This document shows positions 20,721-30,513 of a stretch of DNA of 64,000 nucleotides, one piece after another. Positions within the stretch are counted from its first letter, which is position 1. The number at the start of each line of letters is the position of its first letter. The translations under genes and the position numbers were made by a program. Below the pieces are notes generated by a model. The model had not been told where the DNA came from. It searched no databases and saw only the letters and a list, made by a program, of their open reading frames with translations. Origin of the DNA: an uncultured Sulfurimonas sp. (GTDB lineage Bacteria; Campylobacterota; Campylobacteria; Campylobacterales; Sulfurimonadaceae); the NCBI GenBank assembly GCA_964518545.1, contig CAZFGS010000001.1, forward strand, positions 8,020 through 72,019, written 5' to 3'.

Positions 20721-21816
20721 ACATACTCCCTTGACCCAGTTGTGATTTTACCTCTACTTTAATCTTAAACTCATCACATATCTGCTTTACTATACTCAAA
20801 CCTACTCCAAAACCACCTGCTATATTTGACTCTCGGCTATAGAGCTTAAAAATCTCATCTAGTTTCTCTTTTGCAATTCCAACACCCTCATCCTCTATGC
20901 TCAAGTATTCTGATGTAAGTACAATCTTAATCTTTGTCTCTGGCATAGAGTATTTGATGGCATTGGAAAGAAGATTAGAGAGAAGAAGCTCTGCACGAGA
21001 AGGGATGATTTCTATAAGCTTACTCTGTGTTTTACATACTATCTCTATCTTTTTTGCACTACTAAGTTCTTTATAGTATGCAACAACTCTTTGGACAACG
21101 AGTTCCATATCTACAAGTTCACTAGGTTCTTTTTTATCACTAAAGTTTAAGTAAGTAAGCGATTGGTATATAGTCTCAAGCTGTTTGGTACTAATGGAGA
21201 TATTACTCAAAATTTTCTTATCATATACCCCTTTTTTTAGCCCTCTGCTTGCACTCATTTTTAAGGCTGTTATAGGAGTGTTGAGTTCATGAGAGACATC
21301 TTGTATAAACTCTTCGATCTGCCCTATACGCTGATGTAGCGGTCTCATAAAAAGTTTTGCTAACAAGACTGAGATGATGATAACAAAGATAACACTTAGA
21401 GAAAGTAAGAGTATAACAAATTCTTGAAGTTCTTGAAGCTGTATATAGTAATTTTTTGTCTTTACAATAACATATTGTACATTCAAATGTTCACGAGGTC
21501 CGGATGATATGACCATCTTATAACCATCTTTTTCAAAATACCCCTCTGTGTAATTTTTTTTATCACCAACGGAAACAAGCTTATACTCAAACCCTTTTTC
21601 ATCTGGAAGTTGTAAAGTTGTTCCCATCATATGAGCTTTTATAATAAGCCCAGAGAGATGATCTGCAAGATGTTCAAGCTTATAGTAGGTCTCACTCTCA
21701 AGAGAGTTTTTTTGAGAAGAGTAATAGAGATAGACTGAGAAAAAAACAAAAAATAAAGAGGAACCAAGATAAAGTACTAAAAAAGAGTAAAAGGAGCGTT
21801 TTTCTAAATCATTCAA
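20701..21816 (-). CDS. Sensor histidine kinase, CrdS-like
   Basis: Two TMs; HELNTP, NAIKYS and GGFGVGL motifs. Start placed at TTG 21816, overlapping the regulator stop. The CrdS assignment rests on proximity to crdAB-cusBA. Confidence 0.85.
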   Translation of the reverse strand: MNDLEKRSFYSFLVLYLGSSLFFVFFSVYLYYSSQKNSLESETYYKLEHLADHLSGLIIKAHMMGTTLQLPDEKGFEYKLVSVGDKKNYTEGYFEKDGYKMVISSGPREHLNVQYVIVKTKNYYIQLQELQEFVILLLSLSVIFVIIISVLLAKLFMRPLHQRIGQIEEFIQDVSHELNTPITALKMSASRGLKKGVYDKKILSNISISTKQLETIYQSLTYLNFSDKKEPSELVDMELVVQRVVAYYKELSSAKKIEIVCKTQSKLIEIIPSRAELLLSNLLSNAIKYSMPETKIKIVLTSEYLSIEDEGVGIAKEKLDEIFKLYSRESNIAGGFGVGLSIVKQICDEFKIKVEVKSQLGQGSMFKLQFS

Positions 21817-22456
21817 ATTTATACCCCTCTCCACGAATGTTAATGATATGCTCTTTTCCAAGATACTTACGCAGGTTTTTCACTACAGTTCTCACTGCAT
21901 CATCCCCTGGCATCTCATCAAACTCCCAAATATTTTGCAGTAACTCATCACTGCTCACAACTCTGGCACGATTTTTATAAAGATAGTGTAAAAAGGCACT
22001 CTCTTTATGGGTCATCTTGAGATTTTTTTCTTCTATCTGCAATGTATATGTTTGTGTATTAAAGAGTATGCCTTCCCCTAAAGATATAAATGTATCAAGT
22101 CCAAAGTGGCGTTTTATATTTTCTATGCGCTGGGCTAATTCTTCTAAATCAAAAGGTTTTTTTATAAAATCGTTGGCTCCAGACTCAAAGGCAGACTTGA
22201 GGTATTTTGTATCGTGAAATGCCGTAATAAAAATCGTAGGTGTTTCATCATGAAAGGCTCGCAAATCTTTCAGTAATGTTATCCCGTCCCCATCAGGAAC
22301 ATTGATATCAAATATATAGAGATCAAACTTTCCCTCTTCACTCAAGGCTTCTGCTTTTTTCATACTATAAGTTTGCACCACTTCATAATCATCTTCTAAA
22401 AAATCTACTAATATATTGGCTAAGACGGTATCATCTTCTAGGAGTAATATTTTCAT
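21809..22456 (-). CDS. OmpR-family response regulator, CrdR-like
   Basis: LLEDD, DINVP and KPF motifs; winged-helix end NIRGEGY. Confidence 0.9.
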   Translation of the reverse strand: MKILLLEDDTVLANILVDFLEDDYEVVQTYSMKKAEALSEEGKFDLYIFDINVPDGDGITLLKDLRAFHDETPTIFITAFHDTKYLKSAFESGANDFIKKPFDLEELAQRIENIKRHFGLDTFISLGEGILFNTQTYTLQIEEKNLKMTHKESAFLHYLYKNRARVVSSDELLQNIWEFDEMPGDDAVRTVVKNLRKYLGKEHIINIRGEGYKFE

Positions 22457-22529
22457 ATGTATATTATAGCAGTATTTAAGTTTTATCTATTCTTAGAGTG
22501 TTATAATTATTCTAAGAAGGGGGCAGGAT

Positions 22530-24212
22530 ATGCTACTTTATAATTTTTTATATAGCGACGAAGAGGATTTAAAAGCATATATATCTACAAATAAAATAGA
22601 TAAGTCTAAGAATCTACTCATCCAAATTTTTAGTGGAATTCTTCAACCTAGAAAAATGCATGCAATCTCAAGTATGCTTAAAAATCTCCTCCCCAATGCG
22701 CACATAATCGGAACAACTACAAGTGGAGAGATAAATCATGGTGAGATGCTTGAAAACTCCATAGTAATCTCATTTTCACTTTTTCAATACACCTCCATAA
22801 AAAGCAAACTCTACAAATTTGATAAAAATTTTGATTTTTCTAAGATCAAAAAGGATCTCTTTACAGATACAACAAAAGCTCTTATACTCTTTAGCGATGG
22901 GATACAAAGCGATACAGAACCTTTTTTAAAGATGCTTCATAGTATTGACCCGAGTGTTGCCATAGCAGGTGGTCGTGCAGGAGATAATGCCAAATTTAAA
23001 GATACCTATGTTTTTAATGAAAAAGGGTTTACGAACAATGGCTGTGTCCTTGCGACTCTCAACAGTGAAGAACTTATTGTCAACAATGATTATATGCTAA
23101 ACTGGACAACTATAGGCAAAGAGATGCTTGTTACAAAGTGTAAGAATGACATCTTATACGAACTAGACGGCATTCCAATCTTGGAGGTATATAAAAAATA
23201 CCTTGGAGATGATGTACTCAACAATCTTCCTTCATCTTGTATATCTTTTCCTCTTATCATTAAAAGGGGAGATATTGACATCGCAAGGGATCCTGTCGCT
23301 GTAGTTGAAAATAATGCTCTGATGTATGCAGGAGATTTTACACATGGCGATAGTGTTCGCTTTAGTTTTGCCAATATCTCAGACCTTACAGATAATATTG
23401 AAGAGTATTTTACACGCTTAAGTCGCTATCCTGGAGAAGCTGTATATATATACTCATGCACTGCAAGAAAAGTACTCTTGGAAGAAAAGCTTCAAGATGA
23501 ACTCAATCTCATAGAATCACTTGCTCCATCTGTTGGATTTTTTACATATGGAGAATTTTTTCAATCTACAAGGATGACAGAACTCTTAAATGTAACTACA
23601 ACATTTATGGTCCTCTCTGAAACCAAAAAAAGTACCAAAAAAACTCTTAAAAAAATACAAAAAAGAGAGTTTGATCCTATAAAAAAAGCCCTAACACATC
23701 TTGTTAAAGTAACAACTAAAGAGCTTGAACATATTTCTACACATGATATACTTACCTCCTTATACAATCGGGCAGAATATATCAAAATCATGGACAGAAA
23801 GATAAAAAGTGCACAACGATATAAAGAGAAATTTGGACTTATCATTATTGATCTTGATCACTTTAAACTCGTTAATGATAACTATGGACACAATACAGGA
23901 GACAAGGTTTTACAAGCTTTTGCCAAGATATTAAGTGACAATGTACGTGAAGATGATTTTGTTGGACGATGGGGAGGAGAGGAGTTTGTTGTCATCGCCA
24001 ATCATGCTGGAGAAAAAGAGCTTAAAAAACTTACAAAAAAACTTCAAAAGCATATAGCGACACTTAAGGTTGGTCCTATCACAAGACTTACAGCATCTTT
24101 TGGTCTTACTGTATATCATGAAGGTGATACTGATGAAAAAATGTTTGCAAGAGTAGATAATGCTCTTTATACTGCAAAACAAAGTGGTAGAGACAAATAT
24201 ATCTTAGGATAA
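22530..24212 (+). CDS. FIST (NosP-like) sensor fused to a GGDEF diguanylate cyclase
   Basis: GTTTSGEI, AGG.AGD, SC.AR and GFFTYGE (FIST); DLDHFK.VND.YGH and RWGGEEF (GGDEF). Confidence 0.88.
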   Translation: MLLYNFLYSDEEDLKAYISTNKIDKSKNLLIQIFSGILQPRKMHAISSMLKNLLPNAHIIGTTTSGEINHGEMLENSIVISFSLFQYTSIKSKLYKFDKNFDFSKIKKDLFTDTTKALILFSDGIQSDTEPFLKMLHSIDPSVAIAGGRAGDNAKFKDTYVFNEKGFTNNGCVLATLNSEELIVNNDYMLNWTTIGKEMLVTKCKNDILYELDGIPILEVYKKYLGDDVLNNLPSSCISFPLIIKRGDIDIARDPVAVVENNALMYAGDFTHGDSVRFSFANISDLTDNIEEYFTRLSRYPGEAVYIYSCTARKVLLEEKLQDELNLIESLAPSVGFFTYGEFFQSTRMTELLNVTTTFMVLSETKKSTKKTLKKIQKREFDPIKKALTHLVKVTTKELEHISTHDILTSLYNRAEYIKIMDRKIKSAQRYKEKFGLIIIDLDHFKLVNDNYGHNTGDKVLQAFAKILSDNVREDDFVGRWGGEEFVVIANHAGEKELKKLTKKLQKHIATLKVGPITRLTASFGLTVYHEGDTDEKMFARVDNALYTAKQSGRDKYILG

Positions 24213-24216
24213 ACCT

Positions 24217-24248
24217 GCCACATACTCCACACATTACTATAGTATACT
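24217..24248 (+). promoter_or_regulatory. crdA promoter: GCCACA-N5-CACACA-N9-TATACT (putative CrdR box)
   Basis: Tandem CACA at 11-bp spacing, 9 nt from -10; shared with other promoters here. Confidence 0.7.
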
Positions 24249-24278
24249 TTTTCTAATAATTAAGAAAAAGGATACAAA

Positions 24279-24665
24279 ATGAAAACTCTTAGCAAACTTT
24301 TTTTCGCACTTATTTTAGGTGTAACACTCACTCAAGCAGCAGCATTTAACAAAGATGCGAAATACAGAACCACAAAAGTACATATCTCCTCAGAGAAACC
24401 TGTCACCTCTGGATCAAACACTTTTACCTTTAGCATTACTAAAAAAGGAAAAAAACTTGCAAATTCTCAAGTCGTTATAAAAGCCTTTATGCCTGCTATG
24501 CCTGGAATGCCTGCAATGGAGTCCAAAGTAGATGCAAAAAATCTTGGAGATGGAAACTATAAAGCAACACTCAACCTTGCGATGAGTGGCACATGGCAAA
24601 TCCATATCTTTATTATCCCCAAAGAGGGTAAAAAATCTCGTGTAAAAACGAGCATAAATTTCTAA
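24279..24665 (+). CDS. crdA: Periplasmic Met-rich copper resistance protein (YtkA/FixH-like, CrdA-type)
   Basis: Signal peptide; MPAMPGMPAM and MSGTW motifs; first gene before OMF-MFP-RND as in Helicobacter crdAB-czcBA. Confidence 0.7.
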   Translation: MKTLSKLFFALILGVTLTQAAAFNKDAKYRTTKVHISSEKPVTSGSNTFTFSITKKGKKLANSQVVIKAFMPAMPGMPAMESKVDAKNLGDGNYKATLNLAMSGTWQIHIFIIPKEGKKSRVKTSINF

Positions 24666-24677
24666 AGGATAGCAATT

Positions 24678-25856
24678 ATGAGAACTTTTTTTCTTGCTCT
24701 TTTACTCTTAAGTGTTTCACTTCATTCACAAACATTAAGTGAAATTATAGAGCTTTCTCTTTCAAAAAGTCCCTCTTTAGAGAGTATAAACTCAAGACTA
24801 GAGGCAAATAAGTATGCCCTTGATATTGCAGACCAGTTTAAAAACCCTGAGCTTCTTATAACAAAGAACTCTCTAAATACCTCAGAGAAGATGAGTCAAA
24901 GTGTTGCAACATTAAAACAACAGATCCCTTTTTATGGTAAACGTAGTTCAAGAGAAAAAGTTGTTTCTGCTCAAGATGCACTCTTAGAGGAACAACTCAA
25001 TGATGCCAAAGTAACACTTGTAGAGCGCATTAAAAATGAGGCTTACACTATTTGGGAACTTCAAAAACTTGACAACATTATAGAGCAGTATATCCAACTT
25101 ACAGAGCAGAATGTAGAACTCTATGAGACCTATACAAGTGTAGATGACAACCAGCATATGGGGATCATGAAAGCAGAACTCTCTTTGAGTGATTTGAAGA
25201 TAGAACGCTCTACACTTAAGGCAAAAATACTCGCAGCCTATGCAAGACTCTCCTACTTAAGTGCTTCATCTGTAGAATCTCTTGAGATTACTCTTGTAAT
25301 GGGGGAAAAACCGGACCTTTCACAGACTGCCTTACTCTTACAAAACAACCCTAAGCTTCTTATAAAAGCAAAAGAGATTCAAAAACAAGATGCCAAAGTG
25401 GCTCTTAGTGATCTAGAAAACTACCCAGATTTTAATCTTATGGGCTCTTATGCCTACAGAGAAAACTATGAAAATTATTTTACACTTGGTATAGGCATCT
25501 CTTTACCAATCTATGGGACAGAAGATGCTCAAACACAAGAACAAAAAGCACTAAAACTCTCTATAGAAGCGCAACAAGCAGATACAAAAATTGCCCTTGA
25601 TACTGAACTGAGTGTTTACACTGCACAGATGATCTCCTCTTATGAGATTTATCACATTGTCCAAGATGAAGCACTTCCCCAGGTAGCACATATGTTTGAG
25701 CTCTCCTCATCTAGTATCTCTACAGGGGGAGACCTTTTTAAATACATCGATGTTTTGTTTCAAAAACTCTCTTTAGAGAAAAAAAGCATCATAGCCCTTG
25801 CCAACTATAAACGTTCACAAGCAAAAATCGCACAACTCTCAGGAGCACTCCAATGA
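24678..25856 (+). CDS. TolC-family outer membrane efflux protein (CrdB/CusC-like)
   Basis: Signal peptide; OEP repeats (Q.IPFYGKR; YPDF...ISLPIY). Confidence 0.85.
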   Translation: MRTFFLALLLLSVSLHSQTLSEIIELSLSKSPSLESINSRLEANKYALDIADQFKNPELLITKNSLNTSEKMSQSVATLKQQIPFYGKRSSREKVVSAQDALLEEQLNDAKVTLVERIKNEAYTIWELQKLDNIIEQYIQLTEQNVELYETYTSVDDNQHMGIMKAELSLSDLKIERSTLKAKILAAYARLSYLSASSVESLEITLVMGEKPDLSQTALLLQNNPKLLIKAKEIQKQDAKVALSDLENYPDFNLMGSYAYRENYENYFTLGIGISLPIYGTEDAQTQEQKALKLSIEAQQADTKIALDTELSVYTAQMISSYEIYHIVQDEALPQVAHMFELSSSSISTGGDLFKYIDVLFQKLSLEKKSIIALANYKRSQAKIAQLSGALQ

Positions 25857-26854
25857 AATTTTCAACACTTTTAGTACTTACTCTTTTACCGTTTTCACTC
25901 CTTGCCAAAGAGGCAACTGTAGAGCAACTCTTCTCTGTTCAAACACTCAAAGTACAAAAAGAGTTGCGTTCGCATACCAAAAAAAACTACGGCTATGTTG
26001 TAGCTGATGAGTCTCGTATCTACTCCATAGCACCACGATTTGGCGGTTTTGTGGAGAAAATATATGCCGATAAAATCTACACCTATGTCAAAAAAGGCAC
26101 TCCTCTGGTAAGTGTCTACTCCCCAGAGGTGTATAAAGCAAAAGAGGACTACATCAACTCATATAACTACACAAAAAATAGAGCCAATAAAGGGATGCTT
26201 CACTCTGCAAAACTCAAACTAGAACTCTTAGGACTTTCCCAAAAAGAGATAAAAGAGCTCCTTTCAACGAAAAAAGTTTCTAAAAATACCACCATCTATG
26301 CTCCTGTAAGTGGTTACATTTTTAAAAAAAGTATCACTCATGGCTCTGCATTTAATGCAAAAAATGAGCTCTATGAGATTGTTAACCTTGAGGAAGTATG
26401 GGTAGAGGCAAAGGTATTTGATGACGACATTGTATGGCTTAAAAACACAGATGATTTTCGTGTCTCTATAAAATCTTCACCAAAAACATACAAAGCAAGC
26501 TCGAAACTACTCTATCCAGAGCTCAACCCAAAAGATGCTACACTTACACTTCGTTTGAGACTCCAAAACAAAGACAAAGAGCTCTTCCCTGGGATGTATG
26601 CCAACATAGTTTCTCAAGATAAAAAACAAAATTACCTCACCCTCCCAACAAATGCCGTAATGAAAAAAAATGGCAAGTACTATGTCTTTGTAGTAGGCGA
26701 ATACGAGGGAGAATATGAACCCCTAGAGGTCAGTATAAAACCCCTCAACTCCCGTACATACATCATCACAGATGGCTTAAGTGCAGGTGATGAAGTGGTA
26801 GCCAATGCCCTCTTTATGATGGACAGCGATGCTCAGATAAATGGGCTTTATTGA
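25853..26854 (+). CDS. cusB: RND periplasmic adaptor (CusB-like)
   Basis: GFVEKIY, VYSPE, APVSG, LFPGMY and MDSD motifs. Confidence 0.85.
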   Translation: MKFSTLLVLTLLPFSLLAKEATVEQLFSVQTLKVQKELRSHTKKNYGYVVADESRIYSIAPRFGGFVEKIYADKIYTYVKKGTPLVSVYSPEVYKAKEDYINSYNYTKNRANKGMLHSAKLKLELLGLSQKEIKELLSTKKVSKNTTIYAPVSGYIFKKSITHGSAFNAKNELYEIVNLEEVWVEAKVFDDDIVWLKNTDDFRVSIKSSPKTYKASSKLLYPELNPKDATLTLRLRLQNKDKELFPGMYANIVSQDKKQNYLTLPTNAVMKKNGKYYVFVVGEYEGEYEPLEVSIKPLNSRTYIITDGLSAGDEVVANALFMMDSDAQINGLY

Positions 26855-26878
26855 GGGAATGGTAACAGCATCTTCCCT

Positions 26879-26910
26879 ACCACAAACCCATCACACAAAA
26901 AAGTTATAAT
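26879..26910 (+). promoter_or_regulatory. Internal cusA promoter: ACCACA-N5-ATCACA-N9-TATAAT
   Basis: Same geometry as the crdA promoter; preceded by a small AGGGAA...TTCCCT hairpin (26854-26878). Confidence 0.65.
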
Positions 26911-26938
26911 CACTTTATCTTAAAACAACGAGTATATT

Positions 26939-29900
26939 ATGATAGAGAAACTCATAGCATTTAGCATAAAAAACAAATTTCTTATCCTTATGGCAGCCCT
27001 ATTTTTAATAGCTGGAAGCATCTGGAGTATGCGACATACTCCACTTGATGCCCTGCCAGACCTCTCCCCTCCACAGGTGATTGTAGAGATAAAATGGAAC
27101 GGACAATCTCCTGAAACGGTAGAGGAACAAGGGACATACCCTCTTGTAGCTCAGTTTTTAGCGATTGCCAATATTGAAACAGTTCGTGGTTACTCCACTT
27201 ATGAGACCGGACTTATCTACATCATCTTTAAAGATGACACCGACCTTTACTGGGCGAGAAGTCGTGTTTTAGAACAACTCGCATCGGTACAATCTTCACT
27301 CCCATCAAATATGAATGTCACCCTTGGCCCAGATGCTAGTGGTGTTGGTTGGGTGTATGAGTATGCACTCAGTTCCAAAACAAAAAATCTAGCAGAGCTT
27401 AGAAGCATTCAAGATTACTACTACAAATATGCTCTTATGGGTGTAGATGGAGTAAGTGAAGTCGCAACTATTGGTGGATTTGTACCAACTTACCAAGTGA
27501 CTATAAATAATGACAAGCTTATAAAATACAATCTCAGTATTCAAGATATTGCCAAAGTTTTAAAAGCCAACAACAATGACACTGGAGGTCGGATCGTTAT
27601 AGAAAATGGTTTTGAGTGGATGGTACAGGCAAAAGGGTATGTCAAAAATCTTGACGATATTCGCAAACTTGTTATCACTACTAAGTCTGGCATACCATTG
27701 AGCATAGGTGATATAGCTAGAGTAGAACTCACCCCAGCTCCTCGTCGTGGTGTAGCAGATCTCAATGGTCAGGGGGAGGTTGTCGGTGGCATTGTCCTTG
27801 TTCGTTATGGCGAAGATGTCTACTCAGCCATAGAGCGCATCAAAGTAAAAATGGCAGATCTTAAAGTTGATGGTGTGGATGTCACTACAGTATATGACCG
27901 TTCTGGTCTCATAGATGGAGCAGTAGAGACACTCAAGAGTACACTCATTGAGGAATCTATCATCGTCATCATTGTGATTGGACTTTTCTTACTCCACCTT
28001 CGCTCTTCACTTATTGTGCTTATCATACTCCCTCTCACAGTGGGAAGTACCTTTTTACTAATGAAGATGTTTGGCATCGGATCCAACATCATGTCACTTG
28101 GCGGGATTGCCATCGCCATTGGTGCGATGGTGGATGCAAGTATAGTGATGATAGAAAATGCCCACAAAATGCTTCACAAATTTGAGCTAAAAGAGGGTCG
28201 ACTCCCTACAGATAAAGAGCGCATAGAGGTGATCTTAAAATCTTCACAACTTGTGGGTCGTCCTATATTCTTTGCTCTTGCACTTATAGTGGTCTCTTTT
28301 TTACCTATATTTGCACTCTCAGGGCAAGAGGGATTACTTTTTACACCTCTGGCATTTACTAAAACCTTTGCTATGGCAGCAGGGGCGATTTTAAGTATTA
28401 CACTTGTACCTGTGTTGATGGTGTTTTTTGTCAAAGGAAAAATCATCCCTGAAAACAAAAACCCACTGAACCGTTTTTTTATCTGGCTTTATCACCCCAT
28501 CATTGTTTATGGACTTAAACTCAAATACCTTGTGATAGTAGCTGTTGTAGCCTCTTTAGGCTATATATATCCACTCTTTCACTCTCTCAAATGGGAGTTT
28601 ATGCCGATGCTTAATGAGCAAACTTTTATGTATATGCCAGTTACACCCTATGGTATCTCGGTAGATCAAGCAAAGGCTCTCACACAAAAAACAGACAAGA
28701 TCATCAAATCTTTTCCTGAAGTGGAGATGGTATTTGGAAAAGCTGGACGAGCAAGCACTGCGACTGACCCTGCTCCTCTTGGGATGATAGAGACCATCAT
28801 CTCCTTGAAACCAAAAAGTGAGTGGAGAGAGGGTGTAAGCTATGATTCTCTTCGCCAAGAGATGGAAGATGCACTTCAAGTCCCAGGGCTTACAAACTCA
28901 TGGACTTATCCTATTCGTGGTCGTATCGATATGCTTCTTAGTGGTATTCGTACACCTATTGGGATTAAACTCTATGGACAAAATGCAGAGGGCTTACAGA
29001 AGTATGGAAAACTTATAGAGGAAAAACTCCGCAACTACGACAAAACCCTCTCTGTCTTTGCAGATCAGGCAAGTGCCGGATACTTCATCTACCTTGACTT
29101 AGATGAGGAGGCGATGCAACGCTACAACCTTAACAAAAACCAACTCTTAGAGTATACAAACCTTGCCATTGGTGGACTTAAAGTCTCTACAATGTACAAA
29201 GGCTTAGAACGCTACCCCATAGCTCTGCGTTTAGAGGGAGATGAAAGAAGAAGTTTGGAGAGTATCCAAAACATTCAGATTAAAACGCCACTCGGATTTG
29301 TACCACTAAGTACTTTTGCAAATATCTACTACAAACAAAGTGCTTCGGTAATTAAAAGTGAAATGGCAACTCCTGTTACCTTTATCTATATCACCCCTAC
29401 AGAGGGTGTGACCGCTAAAGAATATGTCCAAAATGCCCAAAAATTCATCGATGAGATTAGCTTTGAGAGTGGGTACTATATAGAGTGGGCGGGTCAATCT
29501 CAGTACCTTGATTCTGCGATGAAAAAAATTGTCTGGATTATTCCGGCTGTTCTTTTTGTCATCTTTGTGCTTATCTACCTTGCTTTGAAAAAAATAGTGC
29601 CTACACTCATTGTCTTTTTTACTCTGCCATTTGCACTTTTAGGTGGACTTATCTACATCGACATATTAAACTTTGCGATGAGTATTGCTGTGATTGTCGG
29701 TTTTCTAGCTCTACTTGGAGTAGCAGCTGAGACCGCAATAGTGATGATAGTCTATCTTCAAGAGGCAGTCGATGAGGCCAAAGAAAAAGATGGAAAAAAT
29801 GGTGCCAACTTTGGACTCCAAGAGTTAAATGCAGCCATATATGAGGGAGCAGTACAGCGTGTACGACCAAAACTGATGACAGTTTTTGCCATCTTGGCAG

Positions 29901-30082
29901 GGCTGGCCCCTATTATGTATACTCACGGCATAGGGAGTGAAGTGATGCAGCGTATCGCGGCACCAATGCTTGGAGGAATTGTAAGCTCAGCGATTTTAAG
30001 TCTTGTTATAATTCCTATACTATTTGAAATTTATGCTAAACAAGAGTTGAAAAATTCTAAAAAAGGGAACAAAAATGCTTAA
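26939..30082 (+). CDS. cusA: Cu(I)/Ag(I) heavy-metal RND efflux permease
   Basis: PLDALPDLS, GPDASGVGWVY and GAMVDA motifs; CusA-type Met triad context (YMP, GMIET, RIDML). Confidence 0.92.
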   Translation: MIEKLIAFSIKNKFLILMAALFLIAGSIWSMRHTPLDALPDLSPPQVIVEIKWNGQSPETVEEQGTYPLVAQFLAIANIETVRGYSTYETGLIYIIFKDDTDLYWARSRVLEQLASVQSSLPSNMNVTLGPDASGVGWVYEYALSSKTKNLAELRSIQDYYYKYALMGVDGVSEVATIGGFVPTYQVTINNDKLIKYNLSIQDIAKVLKANNNDTGGRIVIENGFEWMVQAKGYVKNLDDIRKLVITTKSGIPLSIGDIARVELTPAPRRGVADLNGQGEVVGGIVLVRYGEDVYSAIERIKVKMADLKVDGVDVTTVYDRSGLIDGAVETLKSTLIEESIIVIIVIGLFLLHLRSSLIVLIILPLTVGSTFLLMKMFGIGSNIMSLGGIAIAIGAMVDASIVMIENAHKMLHKFELKEGRLPTDKERIEVILKSSQLVGRPIFFALALIVVSFLPIFALSGQEGLLFTPLAFTKTFAMAAGAILSITLVPVLMVFFVKGKIIPENKNPLNRFFIWLYHPIIVYGLKLKYLVIVAVVASLGYIYPLFHSLKWEFMPMLNEQTFMYMPVTPYGISVDQAKALTQKTDKIIKSFPEVEMVFGKAGRASTATDPAPLGMIETIISLKPKSEWREGVSYDSLRQEMEDALQVPGLTNSWTYPIRGRIDMLLSGIRTPIGIKLYGQNAEGLQKYGKLIEEKLRNYDKTLSVFADQASAGYFIYLDLDEEAMQRYNLNKNQLLEYTNLAIGGLKVSTMYKGLERYPIALRLEGDERRSLESIQNIQIKTPLGFVPLSTFANIYYKQSASVIKSEMATPVTFIYITPTEGVTAKEYVQNAQKFIDEISFESGYYIEWAGQSQYLDSAMKKIVWIIPAVLFVIFVLIYLALKKIVPTLIVFFTLPFALLGGLIYIDILNFAMSIAVIVGFLALLGVAAETAIVMIVYLQEAVDEAKEKDGKNGANFGLQELNAAIYEGAVQRVRPKLMTVFAILAGLAPIMYTHGIGSEVMQRIAAPMLGGIVSSAILSLVIIPILFEIYAKQELKNSKKGNKNA

Positions 30083-30365
30083 GACGATACAGGTACAAAA
30101 TGTAAAATGTGGTGGCTGTGCAAACACTCTAACTACAAAGCTCAAAGAGAATTTTGGTGCCATAGAGGTCAATCTTGATGTAATGCCACGGGAGATAAGC
30201 CTTGAGATAACAGATGAGAAGATGCCAGAGCTAGAAAAAGCACTTAAAAACCTTGGCTATCCAGTAGCAAGTGCAAAATTTGGCTTTATAGAAGACACTT
30301 CCATGAAAGCCAAAAGCTTTGTCTCTTGTGCTGTTGGCAAGTTTGAAATCGCTAAGGAAAAATGA
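30075..30365 (+). CDS. Heavy-metal-associated (HMA, CopZ-like) protein
   Basis: NVKCGGC motif and C-terminal KAKSFVSCAVG; overlaps the cusA stop. Confidence 0.8.
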   Translation: MLKTIQVQNVKCGGCANTLTTKLKENFGAIEVNLDVMPREISLEITDEKMPELEKALKNLGYPVASAKFGFIEDTSMKAKSFVSCAVGKFEIAKEK

Positions 30366-30513
30366 GTTCAAATTTTAACTCATAATTAAGTCCATTCTTT
30401 TGTAAAAAGTTTAGGCAAATCCCACAAAAAACAGAATAAACCTTAATCACTAAAAACTCCCTTTTTCCCCCTACTTTAAGAAGTTCTTAAATAGCTACTG
30501 CTAGAATATTGGG

